DNA of 64,000 nucleotides from Octopus vulgaris (Eukaryota): NCBI GenBank assembly GCA_951406725.2, contig OX597817.1, positions 63,798,001 to 63,862,000 of the forward strand, read 5' to 3'. Shown piece by piece: positions 15,491 to 28,900 of this stretch (position 1 is its first letter; each line of letters starts with the position of its first letter). The notes under the pieces were generated by a model. It saw only the letters and a program-made list of their open reading frames with translations, ran no database searches and was not told where the DNA came from. The position numbers and the translations under genes were made by a program.

Positions 15491-17300
15491 CCAAGGTGAC
15501 CCAGGGCCTCTCACATTCAAGCAACCGATTCTAAGTTTGCCATGTTTCAAAAGGTGACAAAAAAAAAAAGTAGAAAAAGGCTCTACTTACTGTTGTTGGT
15601 GGTGGTGGGAGTGGCTCCCTTGTGCTTTTGCACGGGTGTTTCCACAATGTTTTTATAAAGTTTCTTAGAGAAACTTCTCCCTAGCGATCCGACATCGTTA
15701 GGGAATTTCTCTTTTATGTCACTGTATGTCTTTTGGTTAATTTTAATGGTGAGAATGTGTGCTGGTGGTGTGTTGTGTGTAGGTATTATAAAATCTGTAA
15801 TGTTTGTACTTGTGTTGTCTTTTATATATGAAACGAGTTTTTCATTTTTTGTGTTTATGGCTGTAATCGAGTCTGTGTGTGTTGGTGTGTGGGGAAGTGG
15901 CAGTAGTGGTGTCGAAGGTGTTGTTGTTTGCTGTTGTGAGTGCGTGTTGTTGTTGTTGGGAAGCACTATTTGTTTGTGCTTCCCCTGTGTGTCTTTTTGC
16001 TTCTTCCTCCTCTTCTTCTTCGGAGGCACTGTGTGCCATTCACCTCTCTCGGTATCAGTGCTCGCACAATCCGAGCTGTCCTGATCCGGAAAGGGGATGG
16101 CTGTCGGGTCCGCTTCAGCAGCAGGGCGAAAAATTGTTGGTTCTGCTGGTAGCGGTGGTGTTGCTGTATCTGTTGGTGATGGTGACGGTGTCGGTGATTT
16201 TTCTTCCTTTTTTGTTGTCTTTCTTGGTGTTCGGGTTGGTGTTGGTTTTGTGGTTGTTGGAGGTGGTGTCGTTCGTCGTGGTGGTGGTGATGGTGTTGGT
16301 GGTGTGGCAGCCTTTGGTGTTTCGTGCTTTTGTTGTTTCTGTTGTTGTTGTTGTTGTTGTTGTCTTTTGTTGTTGTTGTTGTTGTTGTTGTTGCTGCTGC
16401 CTCTTGCCGTCTGCCTCCATTCTTTTCTTGTAAATGGGGCAGTCCATTTTTAGGTGGCTTTCGCTGCTGCAGAGGTAACATTTTGGCTTTCGCCCCTCCA
16501 CAGCAACGTGCAGCCTGGTGCCGTCCGGCAAATTTACCGAGTCAGGTATGGCATTAATGTTTTCCTGCTGGATTTGTACCAGCAGTTGAACTTCTATACC
16601 TGACCAGTTTTTTTTCTCTATGCCTGTGGACTTGGAGAATAGTGGCGTTGTCCTCTATGTCATAGAGGACAGCTGCCACTAGCCAAGGAATATTGAGTTC
16701 AGGCGGGACAAGGTCGATGCGGATTTTTATTACTCTTTGACCGAGATACGTTGGCACGAGTAACAAACTGTCCGTTTGCAAGGGCGAAATGGCATTCTTC
16801 CGTGCCTCTTTCTCTGTTGGGAATCTCACTTCCACGGTTCCATACCGCTTGCCTTTTGTCACATAGCTCTTTTGCCCCCATATGGGCTTTAGAGCTATTT
16901 CGAGTTGTTGAGGTGTAGCATTTGTGATTTTTCTTTTGTTTTCTTTCGAAAATTCTGTAAATTATTGTCTTTCTTTGTTTCATTGATGAGCTCTTGGGGA
17001 GTGTTTAAGAAAACACTATTTCCCTCTTTTCTCAACAAAACCTTCGAATTTTTAATCTCCTCCATCGTAACTTTTATTTCCTCAGAGATCTGCTTCGCAG
17101 CTGAGGCGAAATTGTTACGACGGATTTCCATTGTTTTGGTGCTGGTGTTTGTTGTGTCAATGTCCTTTCTTCCCTCCTTCTCCGGTACTGGAGCACTGGT
17201 TCTGATTGATAAAATCGTGTTTGTTTACCGGGATTCGTGGGAAAGAATGTATGTTTGATAAAACCGCAGAATCTGATTACTACAAAACACAATCGAAGGA
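15491..17300 (-). mobile_element. ORF1-only L1/Tx1-like non-LTR retroelement (frameshifted gag-like ORF)
   Basis: Minus-strand frames NNFASAAK, KRYGTVEVRF, IRIDLVPPEL and a CCHC knuckle CYLCSSESHLKMDC. The 3' end runs into (CAA)n. No EN or RT is visible. Confidence 0.75.
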
Positions 17301-17577
17301 TGTAGTTAAACTATGAACAGTGCTTATAAGTAATTATGTGTTATAAGTAATTATGTGTGCGTGTTAATATGTACGTTTATATATTCATACACACATACAT
17401 ATATATACTTGGATGCATGCATGCACAAACATAAATACATACATACATACATTCATACATACATACATACATACATACATACATACATACATACATACAT
17501 ACATACATACATACATACATACATACTCAGACACACATGCACACAAGTATGTATAGCAGTAAGAATATATTCCCGCA

Positions 17578-17646
17578 TATAAAAATAAGAGATACGTAGG
17601 ACACTTCAACAGTTGATCCTCGATAATCTACCACTAAACAACAACA
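17578..17646 (+). promoter_or_regulatory. TATA box and short 5' leader of gene A
   Basis: TATAAAA at 17578-17584 followed by GAGATACGTA...TTCAACA.TTGATC, conserved upstream of both exon 1 copies of gene B. Confidence 0.65.
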
Positions 17647-17659
17647 ATGAGACTTTCTA
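17647..17659 (+). CDS. Gene A exon 1 (MRLS + 1 nt)
   Basis: ACAATGAGACTTTCTA|GTAAGT. Homologous to 42782 and 43795, with a TATA box upstream. The phase-1 join to exon 2 gives a continuous signal peptide. Confidence 0.8.
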
Positions 17660-20600
17660 GTAAGTAAGATGGAATCTTTTAATCTTTCTTTCTCTTGACT
17701 TTCATCATATTTTCAGATCATGAACGTCTGCTGTAGTTTGTTTTTTAAATTTCATTTTTATGTTGCTGTGTGTTAAACTTTGCTCTCTCCCAGTTCAGTA
17801 GCCCTACATTTGCTGAAAGCCATTCTAGCCATCATTAATCTGAATATTTTTGTTTCAGGTATAGCACATATAGGATTACTTTTGTTGTTGGTCTTTGAAA
17901 CCTGGACTGCCCTGATCCAGTATGATTATTTCAAGTTGGTTTTTTTAAGTTTTATGCATTATTACTGTTAAATCTCATTGGGAATTGATATTGCGTTGTG
18001 AATGCTTTCCCAGTTGGCTACTAAATATATAGTTTATGTAAAAATCATAAACCTTTTCTTAGATCTGCCATGACTTTTACATATATACATAGATTTATTT
18101 TGGACCCAAACACTTCAAGGCGTGAAGAATAAAATACTACGAAAAAAATACAATGAGACTGGATGCATTAAGAACAGTCACTGAATGCTGTCAAAAAATA
18201 TTTTAACTCCACAAAACTGAAAATAGATGTTATATGCTATCTACGGTATAGAATATCCACATTTATCTAAAGTGAATTTATATCTATTACGAATACTTGT
18301 TTAATCTTTTTTTAAAAATAAAATCTTAAATGGAAGCTGACTTTATCATCACAATCTATCCTTCGTTTCAGATGTATGTATTGGCATATTTTGCGAGAAA
18401 TAGCGAGGTTCCTTTCTATAACATTTTACATCGTTCAACCTACACAAGTTAATGTAAGAAAAACAAAATAAGAATTTTGAAAGAAGTATCTATAAAACTA
18501 GTTTTTAAACATTCAATCGCTATGGGAGTCTACCAGAATATAATAATAATCAAAGAGGTCCATAGATAAGACAAATACACGAGTCTGTTCTCATAAATGA
18601 GACATTATCAAAATTGAATAGAAAATTTACGTAAGAGGTTGTAGATCTTCAACACCAATGTTACCAAGTGGGTTATATGCATTCTGCATATAACCCCGCT
18701 GTTCTCAAACTTTTTGTGTCCGGGACCCACTTTTCATACCCCCAATAATTCCGGGGCCCACTGGAATGAAGACCTAATTAGCACTATTGATTTAATATAA
18801 GTTGCTAATTTTGTGTTGCCTTGAAAAGATTAATGTAGAGAAAGACGTACAAATCCGGCATACTGCATAAATCCTTTTGTCCCTAAAGAGTTAAATTTTT
18901 ATCTCTTTTATAGAAATTTCGAATTTTTACAAAAGCTTGCAGGCGGCCCGGATTTGAAACAAATTTAACCCCTCTTTCGCGTAGTCCAACGTACCTATTT
19001 ATACCAATTTATCTGGACTCTTATTTACTTGTTCTTGTAAGTGATTATAACCTTTTTAGAGGTGACGAACCCTAATCACGCCCACCGACCACTAACCCAA
19101 ACTTTATCCAATCCACCGACCAATTACCGGACCCCTTACATATCTTCATATCGTGGTTCAGCTTAAGTTGTAAATCACCTCTCTTTTCAATTTGTTGTAC
19201 ATTTCTTTTAGTTGTGGGAATATGATTTGATGCAGAAAATCCAGCTTCAATCAAACACGTTGTAGAAAACCATTAAAGAAAGGGCACCACCTTTTCTAAG
19301 AGGACGGGAAATGAAGATTTCACTTCCAACCATACCATCAATCCTTCTTTTTGGGGTCTCCCCATCAAAAGATTGTTTTCTTTAAGTTCGACCAAATCTG
19401 CGGCAATGGTAGTATCGATGCTACCCTCCCTTAAAACATCAAAATGAGCATCATCAGAAATCCACTTAGTGGGTTTTATTTCGATGACATCCTTAAACCA
19501 TCGATTGATACCTTCTCTTAAGCTTTCCAAATGATTTGTACAGTTTGCAATGACAACGGAGGAAGAAGAGGCTTTTGCTAAGTTGCCAAAGAACATGAAC
19601 CCCTCTTCTGAAGGTGTAGCTGCCAAAGGTTTTATTCAGTTGGTTGACATGCAAAAACAGATCAGCCAAATAGAAAATTATAGCCTTTGTGTCATCTTCA
19701 CTCATGGCTGAAAATAGGTCATCTGTTTCTTTGTGCAGGCTTGTGATTTCATAAGGTTGACAAAGGAAAGAACCATGCTCTACATTTCAGTTAGACGAAG
19801 AAGGGAATCACCTTTGGAAAGCAATCGAACCTCGCATAGTTTGTGAAAAATAGTTTGTGAAAAATTCAGTCGTGAAAGCTGAAACAGCAACATGTAATGC
19901 CATCTCCATATCGCCACCGAGGAATTTTGCAGTCAGATGTTCCTGATGAATGATTCAATGAATGGACAAGTGCGGAGCAACTTCTTTGAATTTTGCTGTG
20001 CAACCATTGTGTTCGCCGGTCATCGCACAAGCACCATCTGTCGCGATTTGAAAAAGGTTTTCCAGAGGAATTCCTTTCTGTTGAAGATATCTGTGAACAG
20101 ATATCTTCAAATAGTTTCACTTTTTGTATCCGGCAGTCTCTTCATGAAGAGCATTTCTTCCAGCATCTTTTTACCTCAACACATCGAACATACGCCAATA
20201 GCACTGAGGAGTTACTGATGGTTGTCTCGTCGATTTGGAAAGATAACTTCGAGAGTCTTAGTGCCTCAACCAGTTGTTCGTCGAGGTTTTCTGCCATCTC
20301 ATCTTGTCTGTGCTTGACAGTATCATCGAAAGGGGGACTTTTTGTAAGACGGTTACGGCGTTTTGTCCAAGGAGTTCACTTGCATAGCTGGTTTCACTAA
20401 ACTTTCACCAATTGTATGTGGCTTACCCGCTTTCGCGATCAATTGGCTTACCAAGCAGCTCACTTTAAGTATATTTTTGGTTTTTTCATTTGCTCTTTTC
20501 GTAAACAACTGATGTGGTTGTGGTTTGTTCTTCTGTCGTTGCTCGGCTTTCTTCTCAAAATAATTGCGTTCTTTGCCTACGGAACCAGGATGCTGTACTT

Positions 20601-21666
20601 ACTGATGTCTAAGGATCTTCGATTTCTTCATGGATTCATTTGTCATTATCAACCCACATTCAATACATCGAGGCTTATCCGAGTTATCACTTGAAGGCAA
20701 AAAAAGCAAGTAGTAAAATCTCTTGTTGGTAATTGCGTGTAAACGGCCTTTTATTATAGCTTCTTGAAGTAATGGTAGGAAGTTGATAACTACAAAAAAT
20801 AGAACGAAAATCAGAAAAACTTTGTGAGAAAAGAAATCACTGCCACATTGAGGACAGAAAACGTAGATATAGAGTCCAAAAACTGAATTCTGATAACTTT
20901 TAAATGTAGTATTGTTATTGCTCGGGAACTAAATCCAGGCAAAGATTTAAAAAAACCCTATTCAATGGAAATAAGTATTTGAAAGTCAATAAAATAACAT
21001 TATCGATTGATTTTGCCATATTATATTTCGTGTTATGCCACATATATTCAAAAAACCTTACTTATAATGCAGTAAAATTGCTCCTTTCAAATTCAAACGG
21101 TCTATACAAGGAGCAATATGAGCCTGAGCAGAATGTCTCGATTAATGTTTTAATTAACGTTTTCAACTTTAATAGGCTTGCAAAACTATTGGACAGTTAA
21201 CATGCAATCACTCACCTTCAAACCCAGGTACGCACGTATAAGACATTGATCAACAGCCTGAGGTATTTGCTCTGGCAAGCCGCAGCCGACGCCAACAGTA
21301 ACTAAGGTCACGTCTAGGCGTGCACACTGAGTGCAAGCTCCTATATAAGCGCGACCTTATACACACATCAAAAATTAGGGGGCTCACAGAACCCACTTTG
21401 AGAACCACTAATATAACCTATACATATAAATACGTGTAAATATCAACAGTTTCATACACATCCATACATATTCACGCACACGCGCACGCATGCATATATG
21501 TAAGCATAGGAGGTACTGATAAGATAGAAGAAAGAATAACAGCAGGATACGAAGAAATCCATAAACATTAAATAATTTAGCTATGAAAAACTCCTATACA
21601 CAGCCATACAGGACTATTCACATCCACGCGCGCAGGGACGGGCACGGACAGGTACGCAATGCGTAA

Positions 21667-21710
<44 letters not shown>

Positions 21711-22698
21711 ACACACACATACATAGGGGAACACAAGAACACACAACCACGTAAACTCTCACACCACGCATACGCATGTGCACACACGCACACACACACT
21801 CACACGTACACAGAAACACACTCACATGTACACAGGAACACATGCAGACATACAAGAACGCACATATACAAGAGCGCATAAACGCAAGCATACACAGAGA
21901 TACACATAAACACATACGCAAGCATACACAGAGATACACATACACACATACGCTGGAATACTCTTACGTAAGCAAACACTCGCACATTCACACACACATA
22001 AAAACATACGCACTCACAAAACTGACTCAAACACACGAACACACACTCTAGACTACACAGTCGTGCGCGCACACACATACTCACACCCACGGACATGTGC
22101 GCGTGCAGATACCCACCTAAAGATCTACACTCTACACCCATAAATCTTTACAGGGTGACAAGCGAATCCCAGTAGATCTGAGACCGAACTTGCTTTGAAT
22201 ACAAGGCTAAACCCTTAAGGAGATGTCGGTTGGTTTATCAACACACATGCACGCACACACACACAGCACCAATACACAAACGCACACATACATACTCTCA
22301 CACATACAAGCAGTCAAGCGGGTGTACACGCACAACCACACACACGAGTGCATGCCCGCCCCCTCTATCTACACACAGACTTTTCGTTTACTTTCAGCTT
22401 TACATCCTCTTTTAAGCAACCACACAAGCGAGTATGCAAGAACACAGGCATAAGGTCAATTATCAGACAAATTCACAGCAAACCCAGGAGAGAGAGGAGA
22501 AGTCTCTAAGTCACTAAAATGGTCGGAAATGATGACGGAAAAACAACTGATTGATTGTTTATCCAGCATAATAAACAAACAATCGATTAGTTAGCTGACC
22601 AGATGTTTAACCAATTGATTAACAATAACGAAGTGGCATTGAACTAGTATGAGTATTATTATCCCTATTGTCGTAATGACCCACCCCAAGACACAACA

Positions 22699-22773
<75 letters not shown>

Positions 22774-24766
22774 TTAATTACTGGTGAAGGTTGGTTTAAA
22801 GGGTTACCCTGGAATTTCTCGCCATAAAGAGTACCTTTCTGATGTATTTTCAGACCCTAGGACCTGTTAGCATATGGCTTCTTTAAAATATGGAGTGCGA
22901 AACGATACAGATGTAAACAATGGGAATTATCTCCCTTTGGTGCTGATCATCGGCTTCCGTCTGTGTCGTCCTCCTTCACTCACGCTACCTGTCGGCTAGG
23001 AGGCTAAAAGGTAGGGTACTCTCATCAGCAATCAATTTCCAGCTGTGGTGTAATTATCGCTAATACTGCTATTATCGTTATTATGCGGGTCCAAAAACGC
23101 TAATAGGAATCTCCTGAAATGCAAGCAGGGACTGAAAATATCCGTTCTGGAGTTCGGTATGGTCCATGGTACGTGCGAGTTTTTCAGGACTTTCATGCGT
23201 TCGGTTATGCATAGCTTGCAGCGTTTCGTTACATTTTTGTACGGACCCGGACGGTGGAGGATTTTCCATGATACCGAGTATGGAATCCCATCTTCATTCA
23301 GTTGCCAGATATGGCTGGCCAGCAATGTTACATATCTCATTTCCGGGACTCTGAAGGAGGATCTATTGCTGGAAAGAAATTCCCGTGCATCCAATGTATT
23401 TCCTTGGACGTGTGGTGTCGGTGTCATGCCGACTTTCGCTGCTGTATTTGCTGCTACCGCTGCTGCTGTCGATGCTGCAGTTGTGGTTGTAGTTACCGAT
23501 ATTGTGGCTGCTGTCGGTGCCGCTATTGATGTTGCTGCTGGTGCTACCAATGGTGTTGATTCTAGTGGTGCTGGAGCTGGGGCTGTTGGTGGTGGTGCTA
23601 CTGGAGATTGCGGTTGCTTCGATAGTCTTACTGCTCCCGCGTATGTTGCCGGTAGTGCCTGTGTTGGTGTTATTAAGCCTGCCGATGTTGGTGTTGCTAC
23701 CGTTGTTGTTGCTGCTGCTGCTGTTACCGCTGTCAATGTTGTTGCTAAATATAACGAAACGCTGCTATAACTGAAGGAGGACGACATAGCCGGAAGCCGA
23801 TGGCCAGCACCAAAGAGGGATAATACTCATTGCTTATATCTATATCGCTTCCCTTTCCATATTTTAAAGAAGCCATATGCCAACAGGCCTTAGGGTCTGA
23901 AGATACGCCATAAAGTTACCCTTTATGGCGAGACATCCTGGGTAACCATATAAACCAGCCTTCATCAGTAATTAATATAGATTGCTCTACTTCCTAGAGT
24001 GTGCATCTCCGGATTTATATTTTTCTCAAAAAACTATCTCATATATATGTGGAGGTGGGTGTCTCAGAGGCGACTCCAGGTCATCAAGGTCACTCGGGCT
24101 CGTCACAGATTTTGCCTGCTCGAAGAATTTCATGTTTTTTCCACTTTCTTTCTAGCCTCAAATTGCTTATTTGTTATATCTAGCACTATGTCTGTCTCCA
24201 TTTCTAAGTTAAGGGTTTAAAATAAGGCAGCCCTGCAAAACACAGCTGGTCTTTGCACACAGACGCACAGAATCTTTTCTAGTCTAGGCAGGAGGCCCGA
24301 AATTTTGGGGTCATATTTAAATTTATTTTTATATTTATCTATTTGTTTCCTAATTATAATATATTGTATATGATATATTCACAAATATTCAAAATCTACC
24401 AATCAAATAAAATCTCAATACGTAACTTTTAACTTTTAACCTGCCAATATTATACATTTCCCTCAAAAGTTGCGTTACCTCTTTTTGAACCATGACGAAG
24501 TCCTACCACATATACCTTGAATATGGCAACTTCCTTAGCATTAAACGATATGCTTGTAGATTCCCATCAGCTCGGTGGTACAACTGAAACATAAATGTAG
24601 GTTCTCTTTTCTATTTTCATTTTAATTTATTTTTCTTCAAGCTTTCAATTTCCAATCAATTTATTTATTTATGTTTTTAAAAAAAAAACGCTATCTTTTT
24701 ATAACATGCAAATAAATCAGTAATTACATCCATTTATTCTCCATTTTCTTCTTATTTTCCCTAAAC

Positions 24767-24854
<88 letters not shown>

Positions 24855-24896
24855 GGCTAGATAGATGTACATACATGCATATATACATATACACAG

Positions 24897-24941
<45 letters not shown>

Positions 24942-25832
24942 CAGTTGTCTTTTTACTTGTGTTGGTCACTGCCTACTGCAAGTTCGATCCCTGTGAAGGC
25001 TTTGATGTACAGCAAACACTTACCAAAATAAAAGGAATTCTAGAGAATGGACTTGGGAATAAACTTGAAAAATTCTTCAAACTCAAGTTGCTCCTTTTCC
25101 CGGAAAGTGGGAAGGTATGTAAAATGTCTTGTTTATCTCTCTCCCTGAATGGGCTTTTGATCAAAAATCCTAAATCTCAGATATGTAACAAACGTTTTGT
25201 TTCGGTACTGCTGTGTACGATTGAACATATCTATTTGTGCATCAGCCAATACTTTGCGCTATGATAATAGCAACCAACACGTTTATACAATATTCTTCTG
25301 GATATAAGGCGGCGAGCTGGCAGAAACGTTAGCACGCCGGGCGAAATGCGTGGCCGTATTTCGTCTGCTGTTATGTTCTGAGTTCAAATTCCGCCGAGGT
25401 CGACTTTGCCTTTCATCCTTTCGGGGTCGATAAATTAAGTACCAGTTATGCACTGGGGTCGATGTAATCGACTTAATCCGTTTGTCTGTCCTTGTTTGTC
25501 CCCTCTGTGTTCAGCCCCTTGGGGGTAGTAAAGTAATAGAAATAGGTATTTCGTCTGTCTTTACGTTCTGAGTTTAAATTCCGCCAAGGTCAACTTTGCT
25601 TTTCATGCTTTCGGGGTCGCTAAATTAAGTATCAGTTGCGTACTGGGATCGATCTAACCGACTGGCCCCCTCCCCAGAAATTTCGGGTCTTGTGCCTAGA
25701 GTAGAAAATATTATTCTGGTGGATATAAAAACAAACAGCAATTATACATGCTTGATTTAATTTGTGTGGGTTATAAACAATTGTCAGATAGAGAGTACGC
25801 GTTTCCTGGTGAAGATTCCAATACACACGTCC

Positions 25833-25869
<37 letters not shown>

Positions 25870-25916
25870 CCTTACTCTCTCTATCTCTCTTACTCTCTCT
25901 CTCTCTCTCTTCTCTA

Positions 25917-25961
<45 letters not shown>

Positions 25962-28900
25962 ATCTCTCGATCTAACTATCTGTCTACGATCATATTGTGA
26001 AGATCTTTACACTCATCGTAACACAGTTTTGACTAATAAATTTATGGACATATTCTGTAATACATTACAACAATAATACTGAAATTTTATCTATACCTTG
26101 ATACAACCATGATACTAACGACAAAATTAGTCCTTCATATAAGTTAAGAATTTGTTGTTGTTGTTGTTATTGTTATTGTTATTCTTTAGCCTAAGAATAG
26201 TAACAGAAAAAAGTAATTAGATAAAATTTGAGGAAATGGTAAAGGTTGAGATGGTAAATAATTATGATGTGAATAAAGTACAGAATTCAAGAAGATTGAA
26301 TTCTGTACTTTATACAGAAGAGAACAATTGATCAAGCAATAGAATGTAAAGATCCAGTATGGAAGACTTAGCCTTAGATACTGTTTGAACTTTCAAATGC
26401 ATTTCCAGAGAACTGTTCCAATTTTCATATATTCGGATTACTAAGTGCGTTAGTGTGGCTGTCGTATTTATTTTAAATGTTGTAGGAGTTGTATCTCTCT
26501 CTATATATATGTCTGGAATTGTTAGTGGTAACAGGAGATTGAAAAGAAAGTCTTTTCTGATTTCAATACGAAAAACAAATGCTTATTCTGTCTTAATCGC
26601 AGCATTTTCTTTTGCAATGCTTCCAATTGATGATACTACGTCGCATTAACTATCTTTCCTCCAGAGTATCAAACCACAATACAAGCTATATTATCCTGTA
26701 CCAGTCCTCTTCAGTAATAAAACCCATTTCTCTTGGGTCTGTTCCTTTTTATGTATTGCATATCAATTTTGAAATTACACGAAAATATATTAAGTAAAAC
26801 ATAAAGAGGTGATTTTCTTCGATCACAAAAATAAAATTATCGATAAAAAAAAGCTTAGCACATCATAGACACCTACAAAAGAACAACTTCAGACATATCA
26901 TAGCACCACAAAAATATATATATCCAAATATATTTTGAAACAAATAGTACTATATAAAACCTTGCAATAGGTCATTTTCGTTTAAAGAAAAATGCTTAGA
27001 TATATCCGGCATATTGGCTACAAAGTTACCTTTACGTTCGCACGTCTGTGTGTGTGTGTGTGTGCGTCTGTGCATGTGTATGCGTCTGTGTTTGTATGTG
27101 CGTCTGTGCGTGTTTGTGCGTGTGCGTGTGTCTGTGCGTGTGTGTGTGCGTCTGTGCGTGCGTGTGTGCGCACGCCTGTGTTTGCACATGTGTATGAGTG
27201 CATGAGTTTGTATACAGTAACAATTTTCAACATATCTTCCTTACTATTTCTATCTAAGTTTGAAATCGATGGAACACCGCTGGTAATTACCTTCTATGCA
27301 GACAACTGTGAAGCGAAGATTGTTGGAAAACGAAGTCCATCTAAGTCTTATTCGGAGATTATTGGAAAACGAAGTCCATCTAAGTCTTATTCGGAGATTA
27401 TTGGAAAACGAAGTCCATCTAAGTCTTATTCGGAGATTATTGGAAAACGAAGTCCATCTAAGTCTTATTCGGAGATTGTTGGAAAACGAAGTCCATCTAA
27501 GTCTTATTCGGAGATTATTGGAAAACGAAGTCCATCTAAGTCTTATTCGGAGATTATTGGAAAACGAAGTCCATCTAAGTCTTATTCGGAGATTATTGGA
27601 AAACGAAGTCCATCTAAGTCTTATTCGGAGATTATTGGAAAACGAAGTCCATCTAAGTCTTATTCGGAGATTATTGGAAAACGAAGTCCATCTGAGTCTT
27701 ATTCGGAGATTATTGGAAAACGAAGTCCATGTAAGTCTTATTTGGTTTATTGCGAATTATTAGATACATATGTAATTTTATAATTGGTAACATGCATGCA
27801 TAGCAAGAGATATCATTTGATGCAGTTCTGTCTAAATCTCCCTATCTAACTATTTCTCTCTCCGCTACACAAATACACAACCGCACGCCCACACACACAC
27901 TGACACAAACACTGATTTGCACACACACACTGACATGCACTGACACGCACACATACAGAAGGAGAGAGAGAAACAGATTGACACCCAGAATACAAGCTAA
28001 TTCAGAATACCTGAAATATATGTCGTGCTCAATTGCATTTATTTATCCAAAAGCCTTAGCTTTAGCGTTTAAAAACAGATATTAAAACCTACCTGCTTTT
28101 CTAAAGCAAGCAGGGAAAAGTACTGGGAATCTTCTTATGGATATGTTTCGGAATGATTGGCCCTCTTCAGAAGTGTACTAAGATTTGTTGGCTACCTAGA
28201 GAAATCGCTATATACGTATAACAGTAGCTTTCAAAAGTATAACATTAACAGCTATTTTGATTGCACGTTGTTCCGGTCATTTCACCTGAAAATGAGTATA
28301 AGACCAATTGTAGAGAAGAGCCCTCTTCATCCAACTGTCCCATCTAGAGTCAAGTTGAAAGGGCCGAGAATGTGTGTAAATCTCCTCGTAAAAGAGTTAG
28401 CAAAACCATAATACATGTTAACATGTCGTGCTCAATTGTGAATGGCAGCGAAGGGTTACGACTATAAATATATGGTGGGAACATATATTCTGTATGTATG
28501 CTAAACCGCAGCTGCCAGCCTATACATATTTTATTTTAGTTTGTGTTCTTTGATTCATTGGAGAGCTGAAACATCGCTTTCAGTGTAAAATGTTTTTCCT
28601 TCGTATCGTCTCTATTCACATATTATGGGCCAAATATTTTTGTTAGCTTTGTTAATATATGTGAGATTTTTAGATAATGGAGCTAAGAACTGGTAGCTAT
28701 TCTCTGCTTTGGTTGAGGCGTATTGGATGAAGACGGCTGACGCAACAAACTGGTGTAAAATGCTTCTCCATGTCTTTTGAAGTCCTCAGAAATGTTTGAT
28801 CAGTTTACGCAAACATTTCGTGAAGCAGTTGTATATTTGAGGGCAACCAAATACCCAGGTAAACGAAAGACTTTTGAATTATCTTCACGTCTTGGATATG

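Noticed and set aside
23032-23787. Mucin-like host gene
   Set aside because: The C-terminal half is a Penelope GIY-YIG tail enclosed by pLTRs.
27317-27730. Tachykinin/eledoisin precursor (shared PSK, amidation signal)
   Set aside because: It lacks the defining FxGLM-amide C-terminus, and the unit demonstrably derives from the exon-intron junction.
27317-27745. CRISPR array
   Set aside because: The units are head-to-tail and near-identical with no unique spacers, there are no cas genes, and the context is eukaryotic.
27296-27763. Alternative-frame ORF (RRLLENEVHLSLI)n
   Set aside because: It is open only because the unit is a multiple of 3. Splice phases and the paralog support the GKR frame.
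26992-27783. 263-aa single-exon ORF
   Set aside because: Its N-terminal part is (GT/GC)n microsatellite upstream of the acceptor at 27258; only 27259-27730 is supported.
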